Shown: one piece after another, positions 8,612-16,708 of the stretch
Numbering within the stretch: position 1 is the first letter of the stretch
Layout of the letters: each line of letters starts with the position of its first letter
Source of the DNA: an uncultured Oligoflexus sp.
Lineage (GTDB): Bacteria; Bdellovibrionota_B; Oligoflexia; Oligoflexales; Oligoflexaceae
Direction: 5' to 3'
DNA length: 22,420 nucleotides
Assembly (NCBI GenBank): GCA_964236955.1
Contig: CAXSGP010000081.1
Coordinates: forward strand, 1 to 22,420
Position numbers and translations under genes: made by a program
The notes under the pieces: generated by a model
What the model was told of the DNA's origin: nothing
Seen by the model: the letters and a program-made list of their open reading frames with translations, nothing else
Database searches by the model: none

Positions 8612-9703
8612 TTACTCGGGTTGTAGGCGACCCTTGAATTCGACTTGGCCCTGAATCTCTCGCGTGATGGGGACCGGACGCATGAAAGTGCGCTCGGCGG
8701 TGAAGCGGCCAATGCCATAGATGCCACCAAGATCCTGCGACTGCAGCGTATCGAGCATAGGCTTGTCCTTGACCGAAAGTGATAGGAAATAGGCCTGCAG
8801 AATGATGCGAATACTTTCATAGGATGCCGCTGCCAGCTCGTCGGGTTTCTGCTGGTAGCGTTTTTCATAGAGCGCAACAAAATCTTTTACCCCCTGATGG
8901 GGATCGAGCGTCGTGAATCCTTCAGCTTTATAGAGCGCCCCGATACCCGCTTTTCTAAGAAATCGCGCCGTGCTCAGAACGTCTATAGGCGAGCCAAGCG
9001 CCAAATCGATCAGGCTTTCCGAGCTCCCAAACGCAGCGGGAATGAAATAACAATCGGGTTGAGTCAGGTTAATCGCGGTCCAAAGATCCTTTTGCTCGGC
9101 CGTCCAACTGCCAACCACCAGGCCTCCGGCCTTCACAAAGGATTCCTTAAATCCTTGATTCATTTCTAATGAAATCGCATCGTCTGGGTGGTAAATGAGT
9201 GCCGCGCGTTTTTTCTTAAGGCTTTGCGCCGCATAAAATCCCATCATTCGGCCCAGCCAGCGGTGGGTTGGTACCATGGCAAAGACCTGGCCACCGGCAA
9301 GCAGGTCTTCGCTTGCGGATCGAATCAATAGGAGAGGGGTACGGGTGGACTTGAGGAATTCCAGGAGTCCTTGATTGATCGAGTTGCTGAAAGAGCCGAT
9401 GAGCAGATTGATTTTTTGGGTTTCAATAAGCCTTTCGGCTGCCAGAAGGCCTTCACTGGCCAGACTTTTATCGTCCGCGACCACAACGGCAATTTGGATG
9501 GCAAGTTCGGGGTGATCCTGTCGAAACTCTTCCAGACCTAATTTGACAGCCTTGGCCTGAGCTTCGGCATAAGGTGCCAGAGGCCCGGTCTTAGGATAAA
9601 TTAAACCGACCTTAAAGTTGGCGTCTTTGAGGTCGGCCTGCGCGAAAGCCGCTATAGTGATTAGCCAGGTGGCTAAGAAAAATTTGATGAGTTTATCTTT
9701 CAC
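8612..9703 (-). CDS. Type 1 periplasmic binding protein, LivK/branched-chain amino acid family
   Basis: Signal peptide (AFAQA). KVGLIYPKTGPLAPYA...KLGLEE...ADDKS...AAERLI...LLIGSFSNS; FVALYEKRYQQKPDELAAASYES; GIYGIGRF. Confidence 0.85.
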   Translation of the reverse strand: MKDKLIKFFLATWLITIAAFAQADLKDANFKVGLIYPKTGPLAPYAEAQAKAVKLGLEEFRQDHPELAIQIAVVVADDKSLASEGLLAAERLIETQKINLLIGSFSNSINQGLLEFLKSTRTPLLLIRSASEDLLAGGQVFAMVPTHRWLGRMMGFYAAQSLKKKRAALIYHPDDAISLEMNQGFKESFVKAGGLVVGSWTAEQKDLWTAINLTQPDCYFIPAAFGSSESLIDLALGSPIDVLSTARFLRKAGIGALYKAEGFTTLDPHQGVKDFVALYEKRYQQKPDELAAASYESIRIILQAYFLSLSVKDKPMLDTLQSQDLGGIYGIGRFTAERTFMRPVPITREIQGQVEFKGRLQPE

Positions 9704-9823
9704 GAGTAATCCTTTTCTGGCAACGTGAAGAGTATGTTCGGCCTCGCTAAACTACCGGTAAATAGGCTTTGGGAAAAGTAATCTTTCCAACACAGGCCAT
9801 AAACGCCGCATCATGAGGACGTA

Positions 9824-10456
9824 GTGCAAAGTCTTGAAGAAAAGACTCTATGGCAGGAGCGTTGGCAAAGTGGCCACAGTGGATGGGATCAAGGCGAAGC
9901 TCACCCCGGCCTAAGTCTCCTTATCGAGCATGCCCGGCGCGAGGGGGCTTTGCCTAAAGGTGGAAAGTTCTTTTCGGCAGGATGTGGACGCGCCCACAGT
10001 GAGGCGGTGCTGGCCGATTGGGCTTATGACGTTACCGCTATCGATCTCAGCCCCACAGCTATCGCTGAGGCTGAAGCGATTTATGGAAAGCGCCCTGGAC
10101 TTGTTTTAAAGGTAGCCGACCTGTTCCAGCTAGAGCCCCTTGAGGCGAAGGGCTATGACGCGATCTTTGATCGAGCGATGCTTTGCGCCTTGGCACCGGA
10201 AACCCGCGCCCCTTATATCGAGGCCATGAAAGCCCGATTGAAGGATAAGGGTTTGTTTTGCGCTATTCTTTTCCGGACTGTTCATTCCCATTCCCATCCC
10301 CCCTATGCAATCGACGAAGCAGAAGCCTTTCGACTCCTGGCTCAGGATTTTGTACTTTGTTATGCAGCCGCTCTACCCGGGATCCCGGTACCGGCAGCGG
10401 TTAAAGGCGAATGGATCTGTATTTGGCGCTTACGAGGAGCCCTTGATGAAAACTAG
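9824..10456 (+). CDS. TPMT/halide-thiol methyltransferase-family SAM methyltransferase
   Basis: GTG with GAGG SD. Motifs WQERWQSGHSGWDQG, AGCGR, AIDLSPTAI, DLFQL, YDAIFDRAMLCALAPETR..Y, PPYAI. Confidence 0.85.
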   Translation: MQSLEEKTLWQERWQSGHSGWDQGEAHPGLSLLIEHARREGALPKGGKFFSAGCGRAHSEAVLADWAYDVTAIDLSPTAIAEAEAIYGKRPGLVLKVADLFQLEPLEAKGYDAIFDRAMLCALAPETRAPYIEAMKARLKDKGLFCAILFRTVHSHSHPPYAIDEAEAFRLLAQDFVLCYAAALPGIPVPAAVKGEWICIWRLRGALDEN

Positions 10457-12362
10457 CTACAGTGCGAGTCGGGTCGAAGCAATGGCACGTACCCTCATGC
10501 TCTATAAAAAACAATACTACGCCGGCCAACCCACTGTAGCGGATGCCGTCTACGATAAGCTTGAGCAGGAGCTGAGAGAGGCTTCGCCCCAGCATCCCGT
10601 GCTTAAATATGTGGGAGCGGCCCCCAGTGGAGGAGCGCCGAAGGTTACCCATGAACTGCCCATGTTATCTCTTAATAAAACCTATAAACTGGAAGATCTT
10701 CATACCTGGATGGGCCAAGAAGCGATTGTCGGTACTCCAAAGGTCGACGGTAACAGTCTGAGTCTCCTCTATGAAAAAGGGACTTTAAAAATCGCCAAAA
10801 CCCGCGGCGATGGTCGGGTTGGTGAGGATGTCACCGATAAAGTGCTTTGGATAACGGACTGCCTGCCGCAGCTGTCTCAAAGTATTACGGTGGAAGTTCG
10901 TGGCGAGGTCTACTGCTCCCAGCATCAATTCGCCCTCCTCGTGGAAGAAATGCTCGAGCGTGGTCTCGAGCGGCCCACCAATCCCCGTAACATTGTCGCC
11001 GGGATACTTGGCCGCAAGGTTCATATTGATCTTTGTCGCTATTTTAATTTCTTTGCTTTTGAATTGATCGGTGCGGAAGGTTTAAAGACAGAGGTTGAAA
11101 AGTTTGATTTTCTGGCGAAGCTGGGATTTTCGACTCTGGACTATCGCCTGCTGGAAAAGCAAGGCGAAGTCGAGTCTTATCTGGAAGAGATCAAACGGTG
11201 GATGGACGACGATGAAATCGCTTATGATGGGGCCGTCTTTTCCTATAACAGCCTTCCCCTGCAGCAGAGCCTTGGCAATACCTCTCATCACCCACGCTTC
11301 AAGCTCTCCTTTAAATGGCAAGGACTCACCGCCCGGTCCCAGGTAAAACGTATCGAATGGTTTCCCTCGCGCCTTGGAATCATTACGCCGGTTGCTGTGA
11401 TCGAAGGTGTGGCCTTGAGCGGGGCCACCATTACCAATGTCACTCTCCACAACGCTGAACACGTGAAGGCCTATAACCTCAAGGCCGGCGACCTTATCGA
11501 AATCGTGCGCTCAGGCGAGGTGATTCCCAAATTTATGCAGGTCCTTGAAAGCAAGGCAGGAAATTACGTTTGGCCGGAGAAATGCCCCTCCTGTGGCACG
11601 ACACTGAACTTTGATGGGATTCGCCTCAAATGCGAGAACAGTGAAGCCTGTCCGGCGCAACGCTCGGGTTTCATCCTCAATTGGATGAAGGCCGTCGAGA
11701 TCGATGACATCAGTGAAAAGCGCCTCGATCAAATGATACAGATGGAACTGGTTTCAAGCGTGACTGATCTTTATACCCTCGAGTTCAGTGATTTCTTGCG
11801 TTTGCCCGCGACCAAGGACAAGATGGCAATGAAGCTGCACAAGAATATTCAGGCTAGCAAAACTGTGCCCCTGGCCAAATTTCTCAATGGTTTGGGAATC
11901 GAAGGGGCAGGCCTTCGAACCTGGGAAAAACTCGTCGAACATTTTCAAACTTTGGAATCGATTCAAAGTGTTACGGTCGAGGAATTGGTCGAGGTCGATG
12001 GCTTTGCCGAGAAATCAGCGGTGCAGATAGTCGAGGGCTTGAAAGAGCGCAGGGCTATCATCAAAGGCCTATTAAGGGTCGGAGTGAAACCCGTTGTGCA
12101 GACGACCAGGTTTGCACCGGGTCAAGGCCCTCTCGCCGGTCAGCAGTTTGTGATCACCGGAGCTTTGAGTCTGCCGCGCGAAGATATCGAACGGCTTATC
12201 AGAGAGGCCGGCGGCAAGGCCAGTACAGCGGTCTCCAAAAACACGACAGCCCTCGTCACCAACGAAGGTGACAGTGAGTCTTCGAAGATGAAAAAAGCCA
12301 AAGAACTCGGCATTCCAATTTGGACCGAAGAGACTTTGCTGCAGCTGTTGAATGAAGGATAA
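10446..12362 (+). CDS. ligA: NAD-dependent DNA ligase
   Basis: ATG 10446 with GAGGAG SD. YY...PTVADAVYDKL, PMLSLNK, KVDG adenylation motif, TRGDGRVGEDVT, TLHN, CPSC..C..C Zn finger, HhH, BRCT (FVITG...VSKNT...KMKKAKELGIPI). Confidence 0.97.
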   Translation: MKTSYSASRVEAMARTLMLYKKQYYAGQPTVADAVYDKLEQELREASPQHPVLKYVGAAPSGGAPKVTHELPMLSLNKTYKLEDLHTWMGQEAIVGTPKVDGNSLSLLYEKGTLKIAKTRGDGRVGEDVTDKVLWITDCLPQLSQSITVEVRGEVYCSQHQFALLVEEMLERGLERPTNPRNIVAGILGRKVHIDLCRYFNFFAFELIGAEGLKTEVEKFDFLAKLGFSTLDYRLLEKQGEVESYLEEIKRWMDDDEIAYDGAVFSYNSLPLQQSLGNTSHHPRFKLSFKWQGLTARSQVKRIEWFPSRLGIITPVAVIEGVALSGATITNVTLHNAEHVKAYNLKAGDLIEIVRSGEVIPKFMQVLESKAGNYVWPEKCPSCGTTLNFDGIRLKCENSEACPAQRSGFILNWMKAVEIDDISEKRLDQMIQMELVSSVTDLYTLEFSDFLRLPATKDKMAMKLHKNIQASKTVPLAKFLNGLGIEGAGLRTWEKLVEHFQTLESIQSVTVEELVEVDGFAEKSAVQIVEGLKERRAIIKGLLRVGVKPVVQTTRFAPGQGPLAGQQFVITGALSLPREDIERLIREAGGKASTAVSKNTTALVTNEGDSESSKMKKAKELGIPIWTEETLLQLLNEG

Positions 12363-12369
12363 CAGGCTT

Positions 12370-13137
12370 ATGAGCGTTCGAATTGGTATCCAAGGGCTCG
12401 CGGCGTCCTACAGTGATGCAGCGCTTCTGCAGACATCGCCCCATGCGACGAAGGTCTTTTGCGAGAGTTTCAGCGAAACCTTCGCGGCGCTGGCTCAAGG
12501 CCGTATCGATAAAGCCTTTATCCCTTTTGAAAATTCGACGACGGGGTTCATCGGCGAAGTCTATCAGCTGCTACATGGCTCGGGTTGCTTTGTCACAGAG
12601 GAACATATTCATCGCGTCGAGCATTGCCTCTTAGGGCCATTGGGCAGTTCCCTGGCCGACGTCAAAACCGTCATTTCCCATCCTCAAGCCTTGGCTCAGT
12701 GTTCACGTTTTTTACGGGAGCATGGGCTTTGGACCGAGCCCTATTTCGATACGGCCGGTGCGGCGCGTGATATCGCTCGTACGCGAGGCAGGGCAGCCGT
12801 TGCCAGTCTCAGGGCTGCACAGCTCTATGGGCTTGAAGTCTTAAAGCAGAACATCAACGATGAACCCGAGAATTGGACGCGCTTTCTCACGGTTGAAAAA
12901 CAATCGAGCTGGGCCAAACGGGCGATTTTCTCCTGCACTGTTGTTGATTTTCAAAAGTTGATGGCCGATCTGCCAAATTTCAGATTCATCAGTGCATTGT
13001 CTCACGCTTTGCCAACGGATGCTTGGTGCCATCGGTATTTCGTTGAACTGGCTACGGAGAATGCCAGCGCTTGGAAGGACTTGATCAGCAGACACCGAGG
13101 CCTTACCCTCTTGGGCTCCTTTGATGGCAAACGTTAG
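12370..13137 (+). CDS. pheA: Monofunctional prephenate dehydratase with degenerate ACT domain
   Basis: IQGLAASYS, PFENSTTG, HCLL, SHPQALAQC, DTAGAA, catalytic NWTRF. An alternative start at 12352 overlaps ligA. Confidence 0.88.
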   Translation: MSVRIGIQGLAASYSDAALLQTSPHATKVFCESFSETFAALAQGRIDKAFIPFENSTTGFIGEVYQLLHGSGCFVTEEHIHRVEHCLLGPLGSSLADVKTVISHPQALAQCSRFLREHGLWTEPYFDTAGAARDIARTRGRAAVASLRAAQLYGLEVLKQNINDEPENWTRFLTVEKQSSWAKRAIFSCTVVDFQKLMADLPNFRFISALSHALPTDAWCHRYFVELATENASAWKDLISRHRGLTLLGSFDGKR

Positions 13138-13177
13138 GATAAGCGTCTATTCGGAAATTTTTTGCAAGGACATCAAT

Positions 13178-14719
13178 ATGAGAACACAAATCTTCACATG
13201 GATCGCCCTCATGGGGCTCAGCTTGATGGGGAGCTGCGCGCATAACGCCGAGTCGGGAAAGGATAACAAAATGAAAACGGACGAACATGCCGGCCAGCCC
13301 CAGCCTCAGGTGTGGTTTAAGGGGTCGGTTGAAGATGCGTTCAAGGCTGCTCAAAAAGACAAAAAAATGGTTTTCCTTTATTGGGGGGCTATCTGGTGCC
13401 CGCCCTGCAATGAGCTCAAAACCCAGGTCTTTACGAAACCGCGTTTTGCCGAATTGATGACCAGCTTCATTCCCGTATATCTTGATGGCGATACCGATGC
13501 GGCTCAAGTTTGGGGCGCAAAGTTTCAAGCTGCCGGTTATCCAACCGTTCTTATTCTTGATGATAAGAAAAAGGAACTCTTCCGACTCAGCACGGTAATG
13601 TCGATCGAGGAATTTGATAGCGTTGTTCAATCGGTGCTTGCCTCGAGCGGAAGTTTGGAGCGGGCTGCTATGGCGGTCGGTGAGAGTCGTGCAAAACGCC
13701 AGGATCTGCAGCTTCTTGCCTACTCCAGCTGGGATGAATTGCCGGAAGAAAAATGGCCTATATCGCGGCGTATCAATCTTATGGAACAGGCGTTTGAAAG
13801 CAGTGAAAACGCCAAGGAAAAATCGATCTTTGCCAGCACCTGGATCAGTCAGGTGATCGGCGCCAAGGAGAAAATCGCTGATAAGCAGCTCGATCGTCTT
13901 TGGGCCGCGATTTTTGCCGACAGCGATACGGTCTGGGCCTCGCGTGAATTTGTTAAATATCAGGCTGGAGCCGTAGTGGGATGGCTCGGTTGGAAGCCGA
14001 CGGAAAAGCGCTATCTTTATCTTCGATCGCAATGGTTAAAGGCCGCCGCTCAACTGGAAGCAGAGCCCAACGCCTCGGTGAATACCAGGCTTGCCACTGT
14101 CACTCCCGAAGTGGAGCTCTACCGATACGAACATCCCGATGAAAAGGTGTCGCAGGCCTTGCGGACCAAGGTCGAAATTGCGGTTCGTCATGCCGATGAG
14201 GATGCCAAAACCGAATATGATCGCCATGCTGTTATTTCCGAAGCGGCCCATATGCTGAATCAGGTTGAGTCTTATGATCTGGCGGTCAAGCTCCTGGCCA
14301 AGGAGCTCAAGGCGACCAATACTCCTTGGTACTATCAGAGATCGATGGCTTATTTGGAAAAAATGCGCGGCAACAATGAGGCTGCGAAAAAATGGTCGGC
14401 CGAGGCCCGCAAAAGCGTACAGGGTCGGGCGAGCCGAGTGGAATGGATAGCGAACGATCTTTTGCTCAACGCTGAGGATGGACAGAATAGGCCTTATCTG
14501 CTCGATCTGACACGAGAGTTCTATGGTCAGGCCATGCAGCTTCAGGACGGCTTTGCGGGCCGCAACTGGACTAGGGCGAAAACGGTTCAAGGGGCCCTTG
14601 AGCCTTACAAAACGGACCCTTTGTTTCAAAAAACATTTGCAGAGTTTGCCGCTCGCTGCGATCGTCAGTCGGGTGATAGCAAAAAGAACTGTCTGGAACA
14701 CTTTGCTGCCCTCAAATAG
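13178..14719 (+). CDS. Thioredoxin-family lipoprotein (CPPC) with long helical C-terminal region
   Basis: ATG 13178 with AAGGA SD. Lipobox LMGSC. FLYWGAIWCPPCNELK...YLDGD...GYPT (cis-Pro). TPR-like helical tail. Confidence 0.85.
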   Translation: MRTQIFTWIALMGLSLMGSCAHNAESGKDNKMKTDEHAGQPQPQVWFKGSVEDAFKAAQKDKKMVFLYWGAIWCPPCNELKTQVFTKPRFAELMTSFIPVYLDGDTDAAQVWGAKFQAAGYPTVLILDDKKKELFRLSTVMSIEEFDSVVQSVLASSGSLERAAMAVGESRAKRQDLQLLAYSSWDELPEEKWPISRRINLMEQAFESSENAKEKSIFASTWISQVIGAKEKIADKQLDRLWAAIFADSDTVWASREFVKYQAGAVVGWLGWKPTEKRYLYLRSQWLKAAAQLEAEPNASVNTRLATVTPEVELYRYEHPDEKVSQALRTKVEIAVRHADEDAKTEYDRHAVISEAAHMLNQVESYDLAVKLLAKELKATNTPWYYQRSMAYLEKMRGNNEAAKKWSAEARKSVQGRASRVEWIANDLLLNAEDGQNRPYLLDLTREFYGQAMQLQDGFAGRNWTRAKTVQGALEPYKTDPLFQKTFAEFAARCDRQSGDSKKNCLEHFAALK

Positions 14720-14741
14720 GCTGGGTATAGGAGAGCTACTC

Positions 14742-15737
14742 ATGCGTTTCTTAGTTATTGGCGGAGCTGGTTATATCGGTTCTCATTTTGTCCGTGAAGC
14801 GGTTCGTCAGGGGCATGTCTGTACCGTTTACGACAGTCTTGAGCGTGGCTTTCAGGCGTCCCTGCCAAAGGATATGGCTTTTGTGAAGGCTAATTTATTG
14901 GACGCCCGGACTTTGGAAACGACCCTCGAAAAGGGAGACTTTGATGCTGTCTATCATTTCGCGGCTTTTGCCCTGGTTGGCGAATCGGTGAGTCATCCTG
15001 AACTTTATTATGAAAATAACGTTGAAGGGGTACGCGTACTCCTTGAAGCGATGCGTAAGCTTAAGAGCCAGGCGGCGCTTGTTTTCTCGTCGTCTTGTGC
15101 GGTGTTTGGAACGCCGGAAAAATTGCCGATCAGTGAAGGCGACAGAAAGCAGCCGCAATCGCCGTATGGTAAATCCAAACTCATCGATGAATGGATGATC
15201 GAGGACTATTGTCTGGCTCATAATCTGCGGGGGATGGCGCTTCGCTATTTTAATGCCTGCGGCGCCGATCAAGAGGGTGGAATAGGCGAGGCCCATGATC
15301 CTGAGACCCATCTGATACCCAATGTGATTCGATTGGCTCTGGCAAAACAAACCGTGACCCTGTTTGGTCATGACTTTGACACCCCCGATGGAACCTGTGT
15401 CCGTGACTATATTCACGTGACCGACCTGGCTGATGCTCATATTAAGGCGGCCACTTACCTCCTGGCTCAGCAGGCGCCGATTTACGATGCCGTGCATCTG
15501 GGTACAGGAAAAGGTTATTCGAACCTGGACATTGTGAAGGCAGCTGAAAAAGTATTGGGCATAAAGATCGAATATAAAATGGGTCCCCGGCGCGCGGGTG
15601 ATCCCGCCGGGCTTTATGCCGATAATAGCAAGGCGAAGAAGCTTTTGGGCTTTAAAACTCGATACTCTGATCTGGAGACGATTTTGTCGACGGCTTTGGC
15701 TTGGCATAAGGCAAGGCCGAATGGTTACAGTGCTTGA
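14742..15737 (+). CDS. galE: UDP-glucose 4-epimerase
   Basis: ATG 14742 with AGGAG SD. Motifs GGAGYIGSH, HFAA...VGESV, FSSS, PYGKSK (YxxxK), LRYFNACGA, ETHLIP, DGTCVRDYIHV. Confidence 0.96.
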   Translation: MRFLVIGGAGYIGSHFVREAVRQGHVCTVYDSLERGFQASLPKDMAFVKANLLDARTLETTLEKGDFDAVYHFAAFALVGESVSHPELYYENNVEGVRVLLEAMRKLKSQAALVFSSSCAVFGTPEKLPISEGDRKQPQSPYGKSKLIDEWMIEDYCLAHNLRGMALRYFNACGADQEGGIGEAHDPETHLIPNVIRLALAKQTVTLFGHDFDTPDGTCVRDYIHVTDLADAHIKAATYLLAQQAPIYDAVHLGTGKGYSNLDIVKAAEKVLGIKIEYKMGPRRAGDPAGLYADNSKAKKLLGFKTRYSDLETILSTALAWHKARPNGYSA

Positions 15738-15792
15738 TGTTTAGTGGGAAAGGTCTAGGATTGATTTTCTGCCACAGAGTTTTTTGGGAGAG

Positions 15793-15816
15793 GATTTCTG
15801 TCTATCAATAGAAATC
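15793..15816. promoter_or_regulatory. Inverted repeat upstream of DUF1648 gene (possible operator)
   Basis: GATTTCT-N10-AGAAATC, 30 nt before the ATG at 15847. Confidence 0.25.
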
Positions 15817-15846
15817 TAGCCAAACGGCTTAATTAGGATTGAATCG

Positions 15847-16323
15847 ATGTTAACGAACAATGTCCAAGACCGAAGATTGATTGGCTATGCATTTTTTTTA
15901 AATCTTTTCCACGTCAGTGTCATTGCCAGTCTTTGGGCTAATCTTCCCCATTCTCTGCCTGATCACTTCGGCTTCAATGGAAATCCGGATCATTGGTCCT
16001 CCAAGCATAGCTTGATAATTTTTCCGGTGGTAAATACCTTTCTGTGTTTGCTGTGCTTTTCAGTTTGGAACAAGACAACTTACTTTCGGTTACCCTACCC
16101 CCTAACGGAAGCAAATCGATCGGTGCAAGAGGCGCTAGCGAAGGCATTGATGGGCAAAACAGTGATCTGGATATGTCTTCTTTTTATATCGATCACGTGG
16201 ATGAGCATCAGCCACGGACTTCAGATGAATACGCTGCCAGCTCGCGTCGGTTTCTTTGCGACATTTGCGGGCATGATGCTGACTATTGTTTGCTACTTTA
16301 TCCAAGCTTATAAAAACCGGTAG
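15847..16323 (+). CDS. DUF1648-domain membrane protein (SdpI/YfhL-like)
   Basis: WANLPHSLPDHFGFNGNPDHWSSK is the DUF1648 signature; four hydrophobic helices. Confidence 0.85.
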   Translation: MLTNNVQDRRLIGYAFFLNLFHVSVIASLWANLPHSLPDHFGFNGNPDHWSSKHSLIIFPVVNTFLCLLCFSVWNKTTYFRLPYPLTEANRSVQEALAKALMGKTVIWICLLFISITWMSISHGLQMNTLPARVGFFATFAGMMLTIVCYFIQAYKNR

Positions 16324-16380
16324 GACCGTATTTGGTATGATTCGCAGATGCAGCTAAGGCACTGGAGGCACTTTTAAATT

Positions 16381-16414
16381 ATCGTGACTTTTCCGGGAGG
16401 TCACGATTTTACTT
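16381..16414 (+). terminator. Intrinsic terminator after DUF1648 gene
   Basis: Stem ATCGTGAC (16381-16388)/GTCACGAT (16400-16407), extendable by G-U pairs, followed by TTTACTT. Confidence 0.65.
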
Positions 16415-16654
16415 GCCACCATATTGGCGCAAAAATTCAAATCAAATGAATGCAGCTATGCAGGGTATGAAGGCCAAAATCATAAAGTAGAATTTTCTCA
16501 CTCTAAACCGAGATATTTGCACTGAAGAAAGTTAAGAAACTTTCAATAAATTGCTATCCAAGGGCTTTGAAGTGGAAGACGCCTGCGAAACAAAAATTTT
16601 TCAGGCCATAAAAACTCGACAATACCAAAATTTAAAACAAATGCAACATCGAGC

Positions 16655-16690
16655 GAAAGAATGAGGGACCCGCACTTTAATGCAGGCCCC
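16655..16690 (-). terminator. Intrinsic terminator of the OmpA-like/large lipoprotein operon
   Basis: Minus strand GGGGCCTGCA-TTAAAG-TGCGGGTCCC (G-U pairs on this strand) followed by TCATTCTTT, 18 nt after the stop. Confidence 0.65.
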
Positions 16691-16708
16691 AGTTAATAGG
16701 TAGCAGGG

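Noticed and set aside
8599..8880. 94-aa N-terminal extension of the methyltransferase ORF (also the extensions at 467, 940, 6479, 10305, 13121 and 14523)
   Set aside because: They mostly overlap upstream genes. Downstream starts have SD sequences, signal peptides or stop/start coupling.
7228..10456. Methyltransferases as a restriction-modification or defence system
   Set aside because: They lack DNA MTase catalytic motifs (DPPY/NPPY or the PC motif in context), and no nuclease is nearby.
13103..15707. Long antisense ORFs 13103-14032, 14036-14743 and 14895-15707 (-)
   Set aside because: They are shadows of well-supported + strand genes (thioredoxin lipoprotein, galE) and show no recognisable motifs.
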